A DNA stretch of 63,579 nucleotides, counting the filler, from Octopus bimaculoides (lineage: Eukaryota), in NCBI RefSeq assembly GCF_001194135.2. It is 7 parts of 7 records of this genome, joined end to end, with 100 filler letters (N's around TTAATTAATTAA, not from the genome) between each part and the next. Parts side by side here need not be neighbours in the genome. Positions count along the whole stretch, not along the records: positions 61,851 to 63,579 come from NW_026400293.1; 6 more parts are not named here. One strand, given 5' to 3'. This document shows, one piece after another, positions 62,630 through 63,579 of this stretch (position 1 is the stretch's first letter; every line of letters starts with the position of its first letter). Both the position numbers and the translations under genes were made by a program. Under the pieces are notes generated by a model. It was not told the origin of the DNA, searched no databases, and saw nothing but the letters and a program-made list of their open reading frames with translations.

Positions 62630-62860
62630 AGAGGGTTGCTCTGTGAGGATTTTTGGGGGGCAACCACATCACGGAATTCTCTTGGCCCTTTAGTTGTTCA
62701 TCATGTCAGAATTAACATCAAAGATTATCTTAGAGCACCAAAGATTATCTCAGTGTTTTCGCTAATCTGCGCCATCATATGTCACAAACATTGTGCTCTG
62801 GTAGTGGCACAATCCTTCAAGGCGATAATGCGCCGATTCACATGGGAAAATGTCATTAAA
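62630..62860 (+). mobile_element. Tc1-like transposase catalytic-domain fragment
   Basis: FWGA...LGPLV and, after a frameshift, DYLSVFANLRHHMSQTLCSGSGTILQGDNAPIH, which matches Tc1 FQxDNAPIH. Confidence 0.6.
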
Positions 62861-63013
62861 TATTAGCACGATGTGCACACAAGGGGTAAACCACTTGTAA
62901 ACCGCATGTACTGGGGTCGATGTAATCGACTTATACCCCTCCTCCGAAATTGCTGGCTTTGTGCCAAAATTTTACATTCTTGTTGTTGTTCATGCTGTTG
63001 TTGTTGCTGTGTA

Positions 63014-63247
63014 AGGCGGCGAGCTGGCGGAAACGTTAGCACGCCGGGCGAAATGCTTAGTGGTGTTTCGTCTGCCGTTACGTTCTGAGTTCAAATTCCG
63101 CCGAGGTCGACTTTGCCTTTCATCCTTTCGGGGTAGACAAATTAAGTACCAGTTATGCACTGGGGTCGATGTAATCGACTTAATCCGTTCGTCTGTCCTT
63201 GTTTGTTCCTTCTATGTTTAGCCCCTTGTGGGCAGTAAAGAAATAAG
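63014..63247 (+). mobile_element. SINE family E, full length, followed by a family D tail (63290-63517)
   Basis: Near-identical to 14494-14720. Confidence 0.85.
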
Positions 63248-63579
63248 AATCGTTAGCACCTTTAACGAAATGCTTATTTGTATGTGAGCGTGTGTGTGTG
63301 TGTGTCTGTGTTTGCCCTCCTAACATCGCTTGACAACCGATGCTGGTGTGTTTACGTCCCCGTCACTTAGCGGTTCGGCAAAAAGAGAGACCGATAGAAT
63401 AGGGACTAGGCTTCCAAAAGAATAAGTCCCGGGGTCGATTTGCTCGACTACAAAGGCGGTGCTCCAGCATGGCCGCAGTCAACAAATGACTGAAACTAGT
63501 AAAAGAGTAAAAGAGAGCATATGTATGTATATGTATATATGTATGTATGTGTGTATATATATATATATGTGTATGTATG

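Overview
Eukaryotic, AT-rich, microsatellite- and SINE-dense draft-assembly DNA. The repeat landscape looks like a coleoid cephalopod, most likely Octopus (inference, no database search run). Six synthetic 100-bp joins (44 N + TTAATTAATTAA + 44 N) split the window into seven separately assembled blocks, so gene order across blocks is unproven. Two partial spliced genes lie on the minus strand. (1) Four exons (51961-56697) encode about 163 aa of the C-terminal coiled coil of TRIP11/GMAP-210. (2) Six exons (39178-46724) form one open 474-codon chain of a papilin/lacunin/MIG-6-like matrix protein: Kunitz, Kunitz, six Cys-rich repeats, Kunitz, Kunitz. Four of these ten exons are missed by the ORF track. 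The rest is transposon debris: a Penelope-like element, an internally deleted Helitron, RTE, R4/Dong-like and CR1/L2-like LINE fragments, mariner/Tc1 remnants and MITEs, and several tRNA-derived SINE families, plus minisatellites and microsatellites. I found no CRISPR array, rRNA or true tRNA gene, and no clearly new biological system. The best leads are the modular Kunitz exon array, an in-frame TRIP11-to-Kunitz adjacency that is probably a scaffolding artefact, and two fold-back sequences.
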